From assembly GCA_049320885.1 (NCBI GenBank), contig JBMORA010000031.1:32001-96000 (forward strand): DNA of 64,000 bases, written 5' to 3'. The notes below the pieces were generated by a model. The model had not been told where the DNA came from, ran no database searches, and worked only from the letters and a program-made list of their open reading frames with translations. Position 1 is the stretch's first letter, and each line of letters begins with the position of its first letter. Origin of the DNA: Thermodesulfobacteriota bacterium (lineage in GTDB: Bacteria > Desulfobacterota > Desulfobacteria > Desulfobacterales > SURF-7). Position numbers and translations under genes: made by a program. Shown here in pieces: positions 39,527 through 49,314 of this stretch.

Positions 39527-41299
39527 ATGAATCAAATCTTTCGCGATTCCAATTCCCTCATTCGAAGACCCGGAACCTGGATATATGCCCTGCTGGTTTT
39601 ACTTACCCTGATGCCCTACTGGCCGGTGACCGATAATCAATTTATCAATTTCGATGACAATCAGTATGTTTATGAGAATGATCAGGTTATCAACGGCCTG
39701 AGCTTTCAGAACGTGATCTGGGCCTTTTCATCCACGGTGGCGGCAAACTGGCATCCGATGACTATGCTTTCCCACATGCTGGATGTTCATCTGTATGGAC
39801 TAAATCCCGGCGGGCATCATTTCACCAGCTTGTTGCTTCATATTCTGAATACGCTACTCCTGTATCTTCTGTTGAATCGGCTCTCCAGCGAGCCATGGCC
39901 ATCCCTGTTTGTCGCCATTCTTTTCGCCGTTCATCCTCTCCATGTGGAGTCCGTTGCCTGGGTCGCCGAACGTAAAGACGTCCTAAGCACTTTTTTCTGG
40001 TTTCTGACTGTCCTGAGTTATCTCCGCTTTTTGGAACATAAGACCTTCATAAACTATCTGATGGCTCTAACCTTTTTCTCCCTGGGCCTGATGGCCAAAC
40101 CCATGTTGGTCACCCTACCTTTTTCATTGCTGCTGATGGATTTTTGGCCGCTGGGGAGAATCGGACGTAAAACGAAAAGCGTCGCCCTCCAGGCAGACAC
40201 AAAGACAGCAACGGAAAAAAACTGGAATTCGGGATTTCCCGTTTATATCATATTGGAAAAAATACCATTTTTGATCATTGTGGCGGTTTTCTGCGTCATC
40301 GTTTTCAAAGTCCAGCAGATCGAAGGCGCGGTCGCTCCGCGGGATATCATCCCGCTAGAATCCAGGCTGCTGAACGCGCTGATATCCTATTGCCGCTATC
40401 TGGTCAAAACGGCCTGGCCGTTTCAACTTTCCGTTTTTTATCCATTTCCCCAGGTCATTTCCTTATGGCTACCGGTGTCTGCGGGGTTCGCATTGTTTTG
40501 TTTCTCTCTCTTTGCGCTGTTTCAATCCAGCAAAAGGCCTTGGTTGTTTTTCGGCTGGTTCTGGTACGTTGGAACACTGGTGCCGGTTATCGGCATCATC
40601 CAGGTCGGGGCTCAGTCCATGGCGGATCGGTACACGTACATTCCCTTGATTGGAATTTTTATCGCCATGGCATGGGAAATAGCTGAATGGGTGAAAAAAC
40701 ATCAGTTCCGAAAGAAGTTCTTGTTACCGACCGGCTCGATTCTGGTCGCCGCATTTTCCATCCTCACCTGGGTTCAGGTCCATCACTGGCGTGACAGCAT
40801 CACGCTGTATGAACATGTTCTGAGAATCAACGATGACAATAGTGTGATCCAAAACACCATGGGGCTGGCCAAACTGGATCGCAACCGAGTCCAGGAGGCC
40901 ATTCAGCATTTTTCGAAAGCCATCTGGTTGAAACCGGACAATGGAAAGCCGTATAACAATCTCGGCATCGCCCTTGTCCAGAACAATCAGCTTGCTCTGG
41001 CCGAGCAGGCCTTCCGGAATGCAATCGAATTAATGCCCGGCTTTGCCGATGCCCATGTCAATATGGGGATTGTAAAATTGCGACAAGGGGATACTCGTAA
41101 CGCCATAGCTCATTTTTCCCAGGCGCTTGCACTGAACCCTATCCATGCAAAAGCACATTTCAGCATGGCGCTGGCCTATGAAAAAGAAAATCGTGTTGAC
41201 AGGGCGATCTCCCACTATGAGACCGCCATAAAGACGGAACCGAAACTTGCCGCAATGGCATTGAATCGAATCCGTCAGTTGCGTAAATTCGGTGAATAA
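39527..41299 (+). CDS. TMTC-like GT-C glycosyltransferase with C-terminal TPRs (copy 2)
   Basis: FINFDD, NWHPMT, LFAVHPLHVESVAWVAERKD, MADRYTY, TPRs. Confidence 0.88.
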   Translation: MNQIFRDSNSLIRRPGTWIYALLVLLTLMPYWPVTDNQFINFDDNQYVYENDQVINGLSFQNVIWAFSSTVAANWHPMTMLSHMLDVHLYGLNPGGHHFTSLLLHILNTLLLYLLLNRLSSEPWPSLFVAILFAVHPLHVESVAWVAERKDVLSTFFWFLTVLSYLRFLEHKTFINYLMALTFFSLGLMAKPMLVTLPFSLLLMDFWPLGRIGRKTKSVALQADTKTATEKNWNSGFPVYIILEKIPFLIIVAVFCVIVFKVQQIEGAVAPRDIIPLESRLLNALISYCRYLVKTAWPFQLSVFYPFPQVISLWLPVSAGFALFCFSLFALFQSSKRPWLFFGWFWYVGTLVPVIGIIQVGAQSMADRYTYIPLIGIFIAMAWEIAEWVKKHQFRKKFLLPTGSILVAAFSILTWVQVHHWRDSITLYEHVLRINDDNSVIQNTMGLAKLDRNRVQEAIQHFSKAIWLKPDNGKPYNNLGIALVQNNQLALAEQAFRNAIELMPGFADAHVNMGIVKLRQGDTRNAIAHFSQALALNPIHAKAHFSMALAYEKENRVDRAISHYETAIKTEPKLAAMALNRIRQLRKFGE

Positions 41300-41505
41300 G
41301 CATCGGAAGAAAAACGGTTGAATAATTAGTCGGTTATTATTATAATCAACAGGTTTGTTTTCGGCACAAGACAAATAGCGCCACTGATGGCATAATTTCC
41401 TTTCTGTTTATGATTTAGGACATTGGGATATAAGTGGATGGACAAGACAGAAAAAACAGTACCGCTTGGTGGAAATCTTAAAAGACACGACTAAAGGAGG
41501 AAAGA

Positions 41506-42570
41506 ATGAAAAAGTCTTACGCCGGTCTGCTTGTCATGATAGTTCTTCCCCTGATGATGAGCTGCGCAAAAGATCCGAAAATTGAATGGAACGAACTGAA
41601 CAATCAGGTGGCAAGTCTTTATCAGGCCGGCAAATACGATGAGGCCATCCAGATCGGGAAAAAAGCCATCGAAGTTGCGGAGAAAGCATTTGATCCCGCG
41701 CATCCCAATGTGGCCAAAACCCTGTACAATGTTGCCGGATGCTATTACATTCAAAACAAATTGGACGAAGCGGAACCGCTTTTTGCAAGGGCTCTGAGAA
41801 TAAAAATCAAAGCCTTCGGCCCCATGCATCCGGAAGTAGCCGACCTGCTCAATCTCCTGGGGAACATCTATTCCCTGCAGGATAAAAACCATCAGGCGGA
41901 AGCCGTTTACCGGGATGCTTTATCCATCAGCCTCCAGGTATACGGTAACAAAGACCCCAAGGTAGCCACCATATTCAGCAACCTGGCGGCTGTTTATTTT
42001 TCCCAGGGCAAATTTGCAAAAGCGGACAAATATTACAATACCGCGCTTCAAATCACGCCCGGAGAACAAAATCTGTTGAAAAACAAAGCCGAGCTGGACA
42101 AAACCAGACCCCAGATCGACACCATTCTTCAGCAGCAAATTGAAAAAGTTCAACAAAAACCTGACGATCCTTACCTGCAGTGGAAATTGGGCAACCTGCA
42201 CTCGGAAAAAAATGACTTGGACAAGGCCATCGAGCACTATAAAAAAGCAGTTTCCATAAAACAGGATTATGTGGAAGCGATGCTGGATCTGGCTGACATT
42301 TACGAATATCAGAAAAATTTTGAACCGGCGCTTGAAATGGTGCAGAACGCCTTGAAGCTGCAACCGGAGAGAAATGACCTTATGTATCAGTGCGCCGCAT
42401 TGTTTGCCCAGAAAGCGGATACCAAATCAGCTGTTGAATGGCTGGGGAAAGCAGTTCAAAAAGGCTATCGGAATCTATCACGGATAAAAACCGACAATCG
42501 ACTGGCGAGCATCCGGGAGACCGAAGAATACAAAAAAATTATCACCCCTCCGGCAGCTAAGCAGGAATGA
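41506..42570 (+). CDS. TPR-repeat lipoprotein
   Basis: Lipobox-like MMSC; kinesin-light-chain-like TPRs (HPNVAKTLYNVA; HPEVADLLNLLG); C-terminal AVEWLGKAVQKGY. Confidence 0.85.
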   Translation: MKKSYAGLLVMIVLPLMMSCAKDPKIEWNELNNQVASLYQAGKYDEAIQIGKKAIEVAEKAFDPAHPNVAKTLYNVAGCYYIQNKLDEAEPLFARALRIKIKAFGPMHPEVADLLNLLGNIYSLQDKNHQAEAVYRDALSISLQVYGNKDPKVATIFSNLAAVYFSQGKFAKADKYYNTALQITPGEQNLLKNKAELDKTRPQIDTILQQQIEKVQQKPDDPYLQWKLGNLHSEKNDLDKAIEHYKKAVSIKQDYVEAMLDLADIYEYQKNFEPALEMVQNALKLQPERNDLMYQCAALFAQKADTKSAVEWLGKAVQKGYRNLSRIKTDNRLASIRETEEYKKIITPPAAKQE

Positions 42571-42774
42571 GAATGGGAATTCCAGGGATGGTTTTCGGCA
42601 GTCAAAGCGCTGCAATCGAACCGTGATATGCATTCGGCTGGAAACCATCCCGGCTTTCGAGTATGAGAATATCGGACCCGGATTTTACTTTTTTATCCCG
42701 GGACGAATGAAACATATCAACCGAAGCAAAACGCTTTCCGATTCAACCAGACAAGGACAATCATTCGAAGAACA

Positions 42775-44832
42775 GTGAATATCGTCAAACACCAAACGAC
42801 AGGATTGATCTGTGTCGCCCTTTTGATAGTTACCATTGCTGCATATGCCCAAGTGATGGGATTCGATTTCGTCGGTTTTGACGATCCGGCCTTCACCACC
42901 GAAAATCCCCTCATTCAAAAAGGCATAAGCCGGGAAGGGATCAGAGAGGTTTTCCGCAATCCGGACTACTTCTGCATGCAGTTGTCGGTATTATCCCATA
43001 TGCTGGACTGCGAGCTGTTCGGGCTCGATCCCGGCAGGCACCATTTTGTCAACCTGATTTTTCATCTTCTCAATGTGTTGCTGTTGTTTATTTTAATGAA
43101 ACGCCTTGGCGGAGATATTCTGCCAAGCGCTGCTGTTGCGGCCCTGTTTGCCGTCCACCCGCTGAATGTGGAATCCGTGGCATGGATCGCCGAACGACGG
43201 AATGTGCTCAGCACTTTTTTCTGGTTCGCCGCCACACTTGCCTATATCCGTTATACCGAACGACGCAGCCTGACATCCTATATCCTCATGACCGTTTTTT
43301 TTGTTTTCGGTCTCATGTCCAAAGCCATGCTGGTGACCCTGCCCTTTACATTATTGCTGCTGGATTTCTGGCCGTTAGAAAGGATCCAGCTAAACGGGGC
43401 GAGCTCAAAGCCGGAAGCAAAAATCTCAAATCTCAAATCTCAAATCTCAAATTCCTATGGAATCGCCGTTTTAGAAAAGCTTCCGCTGATGATTATCTCG
43501 GTTGCGGCCAGTTACCTGACGTTGATCGCCGCACAAAACACCGGCGGCGCACCCGGGATTGGAGGTCTCATGTCGGCGGAGGAACTGCCCATCGGTTTCC
43601 GATTCGCCAATGCGATGGTTTCCTATTCAGCCTATCTCGTCAAAACCGTCTGGCCCTTCGATTTGTCCTTGAACTATCCCCTGAATAAAAACCTGTCGTT
43701 ATGGCAGATTCTGCCGGCCGCGGCTTTTCTGGTAGCGGTCACCGGGATCTCCTTTTGGACCATTCGCACCAGACCATGGCTTGCGGTGGGCTGGCTCTGG
43801 TATCTCGGCACCCTCACCCCGGTGATTGGCATTATTCAGCTTGGCCATCAGGCCATGGCGGATCGGTATGTTTATGTGCCGCTCATCGGAATTTTCATAA
43901 TGGTCTCATGGACGGTCGCCGACTGGAATCGAATGCGTCCATTCCGGGGGAAAACCGTAATGGTTTGGGCCATGCTGCTGATCGCTCTCATGACGGTCAA
44001 CACCATCCTCCAAAACCGATATTGGCGGAATACGGTGACCTTGTTCGAACATGTCATCCATATTTCCCCAACGTATACACTGGCCTATTATAATCTCGGG
44101 GTTGCCCTTCGGAAAATGGGGCGATCGGCGGAGGCCTTTCATTATTTTTCAAAAGCAACCGCCATGGCGCCCGATTTTGCAGAAGCCAATTTTTTCATGG
44201 CCCTCTTTTTCACTGAATCGAATCAGCCCGACAAAGCCATCGCTTATTATCATAAAGCGCTTTCCCGAAAACCGGAACTTACCGAAGCCCGGTTCAATCT
44301 GGCTCGTCTTTTTACAAAACTCAGCCAATGGGAAGAAGCGGAGAATCAGTACCGGAAAATTCTGACGACCAAACCCAACGACCCGGATACCCTGCATGCC
44401 CTGGGCAATCTGTTCGAGCGGCAAAATCAACCAGAAATAGCCGCACAATATTACCGGAAAGCCATTCAAGGAAAGCCCGATTCCGCCATGTTCCATCAAA
44501 GTCTGGGCGCGTCCTTTGAAAAAATGGGAAATTTCGCGGAAGCTTCCCGGCAATACACCGAGGCCATCCGGATCGATCCGGGCAATACCAATTTATATAA
44601 CCAGATGGCCATTCTGATGTTCAAACAAGGCAAGATGGAGGAGGCGTTCCGTTATTTTCACCGTGCCCTCACCATCAACCCGAAGGATGCGAACACTTAT
44701 TATAACATGGCGGTTTCTTATTCCAAACTCAACCGTATTGAAGAGGCGATCCAACATTATACCAAAGTGATCGAAATCGACGAATCGTTTGCCGACGCCA
44801 GGAAAAAACGGGATATGCTGTTGAACAATTAA
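42775..44832 (+). CDS. TMTC-like GT-C glycosyltransferase with C-terminal TPRs (copy 3)
   Basis: FVGFDD, LFAVHPLNVESVAWIAERR, MADRYVY, about 7-8 TPRs. Confidence 0.88.
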   Translation: MNIVKHQTTGLICVALLIVTIAAYAQVMGFDFVGFDDPAFTTENPLIQKGISREGIREVFRNPDYFCMQLSVLSHMLDCELFGLDPGRHHFVNLIFHLLNVLLLFILMKRLGGDILPSAAVAALFAVHPLNVESVAWIAERRNVLSTFFWFAATLAYIRYTERRSLTSYILMTVFFVFGLMSKAMLVTLPFTLLLLDFWPLERIQLNGASSKPEAKISNLKSQISNSYGIAVLEKLPLMIISVAASYLTLIAAQNTGGAPGIGGLMSAEELPIGFRFANAMVSYSAYLVKTVWPFDLSLNYPLNKNLSLWQILPAAAFLVAVTGISFWTIRTRPWLAVGWLWYLGTLTPVIGIIQLGHQAMADRYVYVPLIGIFIMVSWTVADWNRMRPFRGKTVMVWAMLLIALMTVNTILQNRYWRNTVTLFEHVIHISPTYTLAYYNLGVALRKMGRSAEAFHYFSKATAMAPDFAEANFFMALFFTESNQPDKAIAYYHKALSRKPELTEARFNLARLFTKLSQWEEAENQYRKILTTKPNDPDTLHALGNLFERQNQPEIAAQYYRKAIQGKPDSAMFHQSLGASFEKMGNFAEASRQYTEAIRIDPGNTNLYNQMAILMFKQGKMEEAFRYFHRALTINPKDANTYYNMAVSYSKLNRIEEAIQHYTKVIEIDESFADARKKRDMLLNN
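43421..43448 (+). repeat. Intragenic heptamer tandem repeat (AAATCTC)x4
   Basis: Four perfect copies followed by degenerate AAATTCC; encodes KISNLKSQISN. Confidence 0.9.
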
Positions 44833-44920
44833 AATCAGTTTGCAAATTTGGGATGGAAACAGTGTATACAGGCGGCAGATGGTTTACGGCTCCGCCACCC
44901 TCTGAAAGGACTGATCGCGA

Positions 44921-45706
44921 ATGTATAAAAACCAGAAAGTAGTCGTCGTCATGCCGGCATATAACGCTGAATTGACCCTGGGTCGAACATATGATGAGGT
45001 AATGGCCCAGGAGATTGTCGACCTGGTGATTATCGTTGATGACAACAGCCGGGACAGAACAGTGGAAATCGCCCGGCAACTCCCCAACGCCATCGTTCAT
45101 CAACATCCGGTAAACACGGGATACGGCGGAAATCAAAAAACCTGTTATCGATTAGCTCTGGAACAAAGCGGCGACATCATCATCATGGTTCACCCCGATT
45201 ATCAATATACACCCAAATTGATTCCCGCCATGGCGTCCATGATAGGCAACGGTCTGTATCACTGTGTTCTCGGTTCCAGAATTTTAGGCGGCTATGCCCT
45301 TAAAGGCGGGATGCCTATATGGAAATACGTTTCCAACCGTTTCCTGACACTTGTCGGAAATCTGCTGCTGGGCGCCAAGCTTTCGGAATACCACACCGGG
45401 TATCGGGCTTTTTCCCGAAGCCTTCTCGAGAATCTGCCATTGGAGAAAAATTCGGACGATTTTGTTTTCGACAACCAGATGTTGGCGCAAATCGTCTGGC
45501 AGGGATACATGATCGCAGAAATCAGTTGTCCAACGAAATATTTCCCGGAAGCCTCTTCCATCAATCTGATCAGAAGCATTCAATACGGTTTCGGTTGTCT
45601 CAGCACAGCCATCTCATTCCGTCTCGCCAAATCGAGCCTTGCCCATTCGGGACTGTTCCCGCAAGCACTTTCTGGCCGCTATCCGACCATGGACAAAACG
45701 ATGTGA
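44921..45706 (+). CDS. GT2, dolichol/polyprenol-phosphate mannose synthase-like
   Basis: VVMPAYN, VDDNS, GYGGNQK, HPDYQY, GSR, EYHTGYRAF. Confidence 0.9.
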   Translation: MYKNQKVVVVMPAYNAELTLGRTYDEVMAQEIVDLVIIVDDNSRDRTVEIARQLPNAIVHQHPVNTGYGGNQKTCYRLALEQSGDIIIMVHPDYQYTPKLIPAMASMIGNGLYHCVLGSRILGGYALKGGMPIWKYVSNRFLTLVGNLLLGAKLSEYHTGYRAFSRSLLENLPLEKNSDDFVFDNQMLAQIVWQGYMIAEISCPTKYFPEASSINLIRSIQYGFGCLSTAISFRLAKSSLAHSGLFPQALSGRYPTMDKTM

Positions 45707-45732
45707 CCTGTTATGCAAAACAGCTGCTTCTG

Positions 45733-47670
45733 ATGAAATCCCAGCCGCATCGCTCCCTATTCATTATAATGTGTCTCATGGCTGCCGCTTTTGCGGTGTA
45801 CCAGCCGGTCCGCAACCATCCCTTTATCGAACTGGACGACAATATCTATGTCACCGCGAATTACCATGTCCGATCCGGCATCACCTGGGAAGGCATCAAA
45901 GAGGCTTTCCGTTTTACCGGAACCGGGGAACAGGTGTATTATCATCCCTTAACCATGCTGTCCCACATGCTGGATGTCGAATTGTTCGGTTTGAACCCCT
46001 CCTCCCATCATCTGGTAAATGTAGCCTTCCATGCACTCAATGCGATACTGCTTTTCTTGTTCCTGCATTTTTCCACCGGATCGACATATCGAAGCGGTAT
46101 GGCGGCGATGTTGTTCACCCTGCATCCGATGAATGTTGAGTCCGTCGCCTGGATAGCGGAACGGAAAAACCTGCTTAGTTCCATGTTCTGGTTGCTTGCC
46201 TGCCTTGCCTACGCCCGGTATTCCCGCAAACGGGACGTGTTTTCCTATGCCGCCACGCTGGTGACAATGTTTCTTGGCCTACTATCCAAGCCCATGCTGG
46301 TGACCCTGCCGTTCGTCTTTCTGCTTCTGGATTTCTGGCCGCTTGGAAGGATCAGGTTGAAAAATGGCAGCCCGCAGGCACCGGTCTTTGTTCTATTGCT
46401 GGTTGAAAAAATCCCATTTTTCTCTTTGTCGGCCGTATGGGTGTGGATTGCCTCTCTTTCCGCCAAGCAGGCGGGGTTATTGATTTCAACCCATGCGGCG
46501 CCCATGCCTGTGCGCCTGCAGAACGCCATTCACTCCTATTGGAGTTATCTAAGCAAACTCATCTTCCCGCAGGATATGGCTGTTTTTTATCCATTCCCAG
46601 CTGAAACCGGACCGCTGGGGCAAACAGCCGTTTTCGTATTTTTCCTGCTGATCGTTACTTTCCTTGCAATTCGGTTGCGTTTATCCTCCCCCTATTTTTT
46701 TTCAGGATGGAGCTGGTTCTGCGGAACCCTGGTGCCGGTATTGGGCCTCAAGCAGCAGGGACTGTGGCCTGCCATGGCGGACCGCTGGACATATATTCCT
46801 GGTATCGGCATTTTCATCGTCCTGGTGTGGGGAGGGCACCAATTGGCCTATAGCAACATTCTGAGGCGATATCTGCTGGTCTTTTCTTCGGTCATAATCG
46901 TTCTGCTGGCAATTCTAACCCGGATGCAGCTGGGATATTGGCAAAACGATATCCGCCTTGCGGAGCATTGCCTTGCAGCAACGGAACGAAACCATGTCGC
47001 CCATCACCTCCTTGGCCTGGCATTGATAAAAAACGGACAAAAAGAGGAAGGAATCCGGCATGTCCATGAATCCGTTCGGCTGGGACCCGGTTACAATACC
47101 CCGCATATAACCCTGGGAGGTATTCTGGCGGAAACCGGATACTTGAAAAGCGCCATGGAACAGCTTTCCATTGCCCTGACCATCAACCCCAACGTCGCCA
47201 TTGCCTGGAACAATCTCGGAATTGTTTATAAAAAAATGGGCGAGTTGGAGAAAGCGCTGGCGGCTTTTTCCAAGGCACTGCAATTGGATCCGTATTCCAC
47301 TGATGTCTGCAACAATCTGGCGAATACATTGAAATTGAAAAACCGCTTCAGCGAAGCGGTCCAGTATTATCAAAAAGCGCTTCAGATCAACAACAACATA
47401 CCAGAAATCCACAACAATATCGCCAATACCTACCTGGCGATGGAACAGCCGGAAAAAGCCATTCAACATTACAAGAAAGCGATTCAACTTTCCCCTCGTC
47501 AACCGATCTTTTATCTCAACCTTGGCGAAATCTTGCGGAGTAACGGAAAAAAGGAGGAGGCGATCGCCAATTACAACCAAGCCCTGCGGCTCATTCCTGA
47601 CGACCCTGAGATCATCGGCCGTCTGAAGGAATTGCATGTTTCTGAGATTCCATCGAACCCGGAAAATTGA
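45733..47670 (+). CDS. TMTC-like GT-C glycosyltransferase with C-terminal TPRs (copy 4)
   Basis: FIELDD, YYHPLT, LFTLHPMNVESVAWIAERKN, MADRWTY, TPRs; start moved from 45319 to ATG 45733 to avoid overlap. Confidence 0.88.
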   Translation: MKSQPHRSLFIIMCLMAAAFAVYQPVRNHPFIELDDNIYVTANYHVRSGITWEGIKEAFRFTGTGEQVYYHPLTMLSHMLDVELFGLNPSSHHLVNVAFHALNAILLFLFLHFSTGSTYRSGMAAMLFTLHPMNVESVAWIAERKNLLSSMFWLLACLAYARYSRKRDVFSYAATLVTMFLGLLSKPMLVTLPFVFLLLDFWPLGRIRLKNGSPQAPVFVLLLVEKIPFFSLSAVWVWIASLSAKQAGLLISTHAAPMPVRLQNAIHSYWSYLSKLIFPQDMAVFYPFPAETGPLGQTAVFVFFLLIVTFLAIRLRLSSPYFFSGWSWFCGTLVPVLGLKQQGLWPAMADRWTYIPGIGIFIVLVWGGHQLAYSNILRRYLLVFSSVIIVLLAILTRMQLGYWQNDIRLAEHCLAATERNHVAHHLLGLALIKNGQKEEGIRHVHESVRLGPGYNTPHITLGGILAETGYLKSAMEQLSIALTINPNVAIAWNNLGIVYKKMGELEKALAAFSKALQLDPYSTDVCNNLANTLKLKNRFSEAVQYYQKALQINNNIPEIHNNIANTYLAMEQPEKAIQHYKKAIQLSPRQPIFYLNLGEILRSNGKKEEAIANYNQALRLIPDDPEIIGRLKELHVSEIPSNPEN

Positions 47671-47732
47671 GGGCATACCTCTAGTTCAACCCGAAACCAT
47701 GAGCGTCTTTGTTTTTCAACTATCTGATATTA

Positions 47733-47821
47733 TGGTGCCTGGGACCGGAATCGAACCGGTACAGCCACTGAGGACCGAGGGATTTTAAGTCCCTTGCGTC
47801 TACCTATTCCGCCACCCAGGC
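47733..47821 (-). tRNA. tRNA-Leu(TAA)
   Basis: Reverse complement GCCTGGGTGGCGGAATAGGTAGACGCAAGGGACTTAAAATCCCTCGG...GGTTCGATTCCGGTCCCAGGCACCA: acceptor stem, TAA anticodon, long variable arm, TTCGA loop, encoded CCA. Confidence 0.97.
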
Positions 47822-47998
47822 ATTCGGAGGTTCCAGCGGGAAAACGGTCATCCAAACAAGGCAATCTTTTTAGCGGGAATTTGCCGGATTGTCAAGAATT
47901 CAAAGCGGTTTTCATCCGGATTCCCGGCCGGCGCTTCCCCATGGGTCCTGCATGGTTTCCAATTGTAAATCCGGACGCCATTTGATAAGAAAGCGCCC

Positions 47999-48634
47999 AT
48001 GTCCACGGCAAACCAACATCCGGCCATTATTCTGGCCTCCCAATCCCCCCGCCGGCGGTACCTGTTGAAACAGGCCGGCCTGCAATTTTCCGTGATTCCC
48101 AGCGGAATCGACGAGAGCACCGTAGAATCCGGACCTCCGGAACACTACGTGCGCACGCTGGCGGAAACCAAGGCCGCCGACATCGCCGACCGTTTTCCGG
48201 ACAGCTGGGTCATCGGCGCCGACACCGTGGTGCTGATCAACGGTGCCGTCCTCGGCAAACCGGTCTCCCTTTCCGATGCCCGCCGCATGCTGATGCAGCT
48301 CAGCGGTCAGACCCATCAGGTGCTGACCGGTTTCGCTGTCATCTGTAAAACCAGACAGCATTTTCACAGCCAGGTGGTCAGCACCGACGTGCACTTCAAA
48401 TCCCTTTCGGAAAAGGAAATCGAATGGTATATCCATACGAGGGAGCCCTTTGACAAAGCCGGCGCCTACGCCATCCAGGGGCTGGGCACATTCCTGGTCA
48501 AGGGAATCCGGGGTTCCTATACCAATGTGGTGGGCCTGCCGGTTTGCGAAGTCATCGAACACTTGATCCTGCATGGGGTCATCCGCCTGGAAGACCACCT
48601 GAACCATCCGGACGAAACAGGGGAACATTCGTGA
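47999..48634 (+). CDS. maf: Maf family nucleoside triphosphate pyrophosphatase
   Basis: ILASQSPRR, GADTVV, LGKP, DKAGAYAIQG, NVVGLP. Confidence 0.95.
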   Translation: MSTANQHPAIILASQSPRRRYLLKQAGLQFSVIPSGIDESTVESGPPEHYVRTLAETKAADIADRFPDSWVIGADTVVLINGAVLGKPVSLSDARRMLMQLSGQTHQVLTGFAVICKTRQHFHSQVVSTDVHFKSLSEKEIEWYIHTREPFDKAGAYAIQGLGTFLVKGIRGSYTNVVGLPVCEVIEHLILHGVIRLEDHLNHPDETGEHS

Positions 48635-49314
48635 AGCGGCGCATCGAAGCCCTCCGGCAACGGATACGGGAGGCGGCCGAACAATGCGGCCGGGACCCGG
48701 ACGAAGTCCGTCTGGTGGCGGTTGCCAAGACCTGGCCGGCGGAAACGGTCAGGCAAGCCGTGGCTGCCGGAATCGATCTGGTGGGGGAGAGCTACATCCA
48801 GGAAGCCCGCATGAAAATCGCGGAACTGGCGGACACCCCGGTTTCCTGGCATTTCATCGGCCATCTGCAATCCAACAAAGCCAAATACGCCGTCAGACTG
48901 TTCGACCTGATCCATACGGTGGATTCCGCGAAACTGGGCGCCGAACTGGACAAGGAGGCGCAAAAAATCCATAAAATCCAGGACATCCTTTTGCAAGTCA
49001 ATACCGGCATGGAAGCCTCCAAATCCGGCGTTTCCCCGAAGGAAGCCCCGGACCTGGCCAAGGCCCTTCAACGTCTCTCCAATCTGCGCCTGCGGGGACT
49101 GATGACCATTCCGCCGTTTTATGACGCTCCGGATCTGGCGGCGCCATATTTCCGGGAGCTGCGTCTGATCCGGGACCGTCTCCAAGAGGAAGGATTTCCT
49201 CCTGAAAACCTGAAGGAACTCTCCATGGGGATGAGCGGGGATTTTGAAGTCGCCATCCGGGAAGGCGCCACCTTGGTGCGCGTCGGATCGGCGCTTTTCG
49301 GTGAACGGGTATGA
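48631..49314 (+). CDS. yggS: PLP homeostasis protein YggS/PLPBP
   Basis: LVAVAK, GESYIQE, WHFIGHLQSNK, GLMTIPP, LSMGMSGDF, VRVGSALFG; GTG start overlapping maf stop. Confidence 0.95.
   Translation: MKRRIEALRQRIREAAEQCGRDPDEVRLVAVAKTWPAETVRQAVAAGIDLVGESYIQEARMKIAELADTPVSWHFIGHLQSNKAKYAVRLFDLIHTVDSAKLGAELDKEAQKIHKIQDILLQVNTGMEASKSGVSPKEAPDLAKALQRLSNLRLRGLMTIPPFYDAPDLAAPYFRELRLIRDRLQEEGFPPENLKELSMGMSGDFEVAIREGATLVRVGSALFGERV

Noticed and set aside
45319..45732. Extended start of TMTC-like copy 4
   Set aside because: Overlaps the GT2 gene by ~390 nt; paralogue alignment supports ATG 45733.
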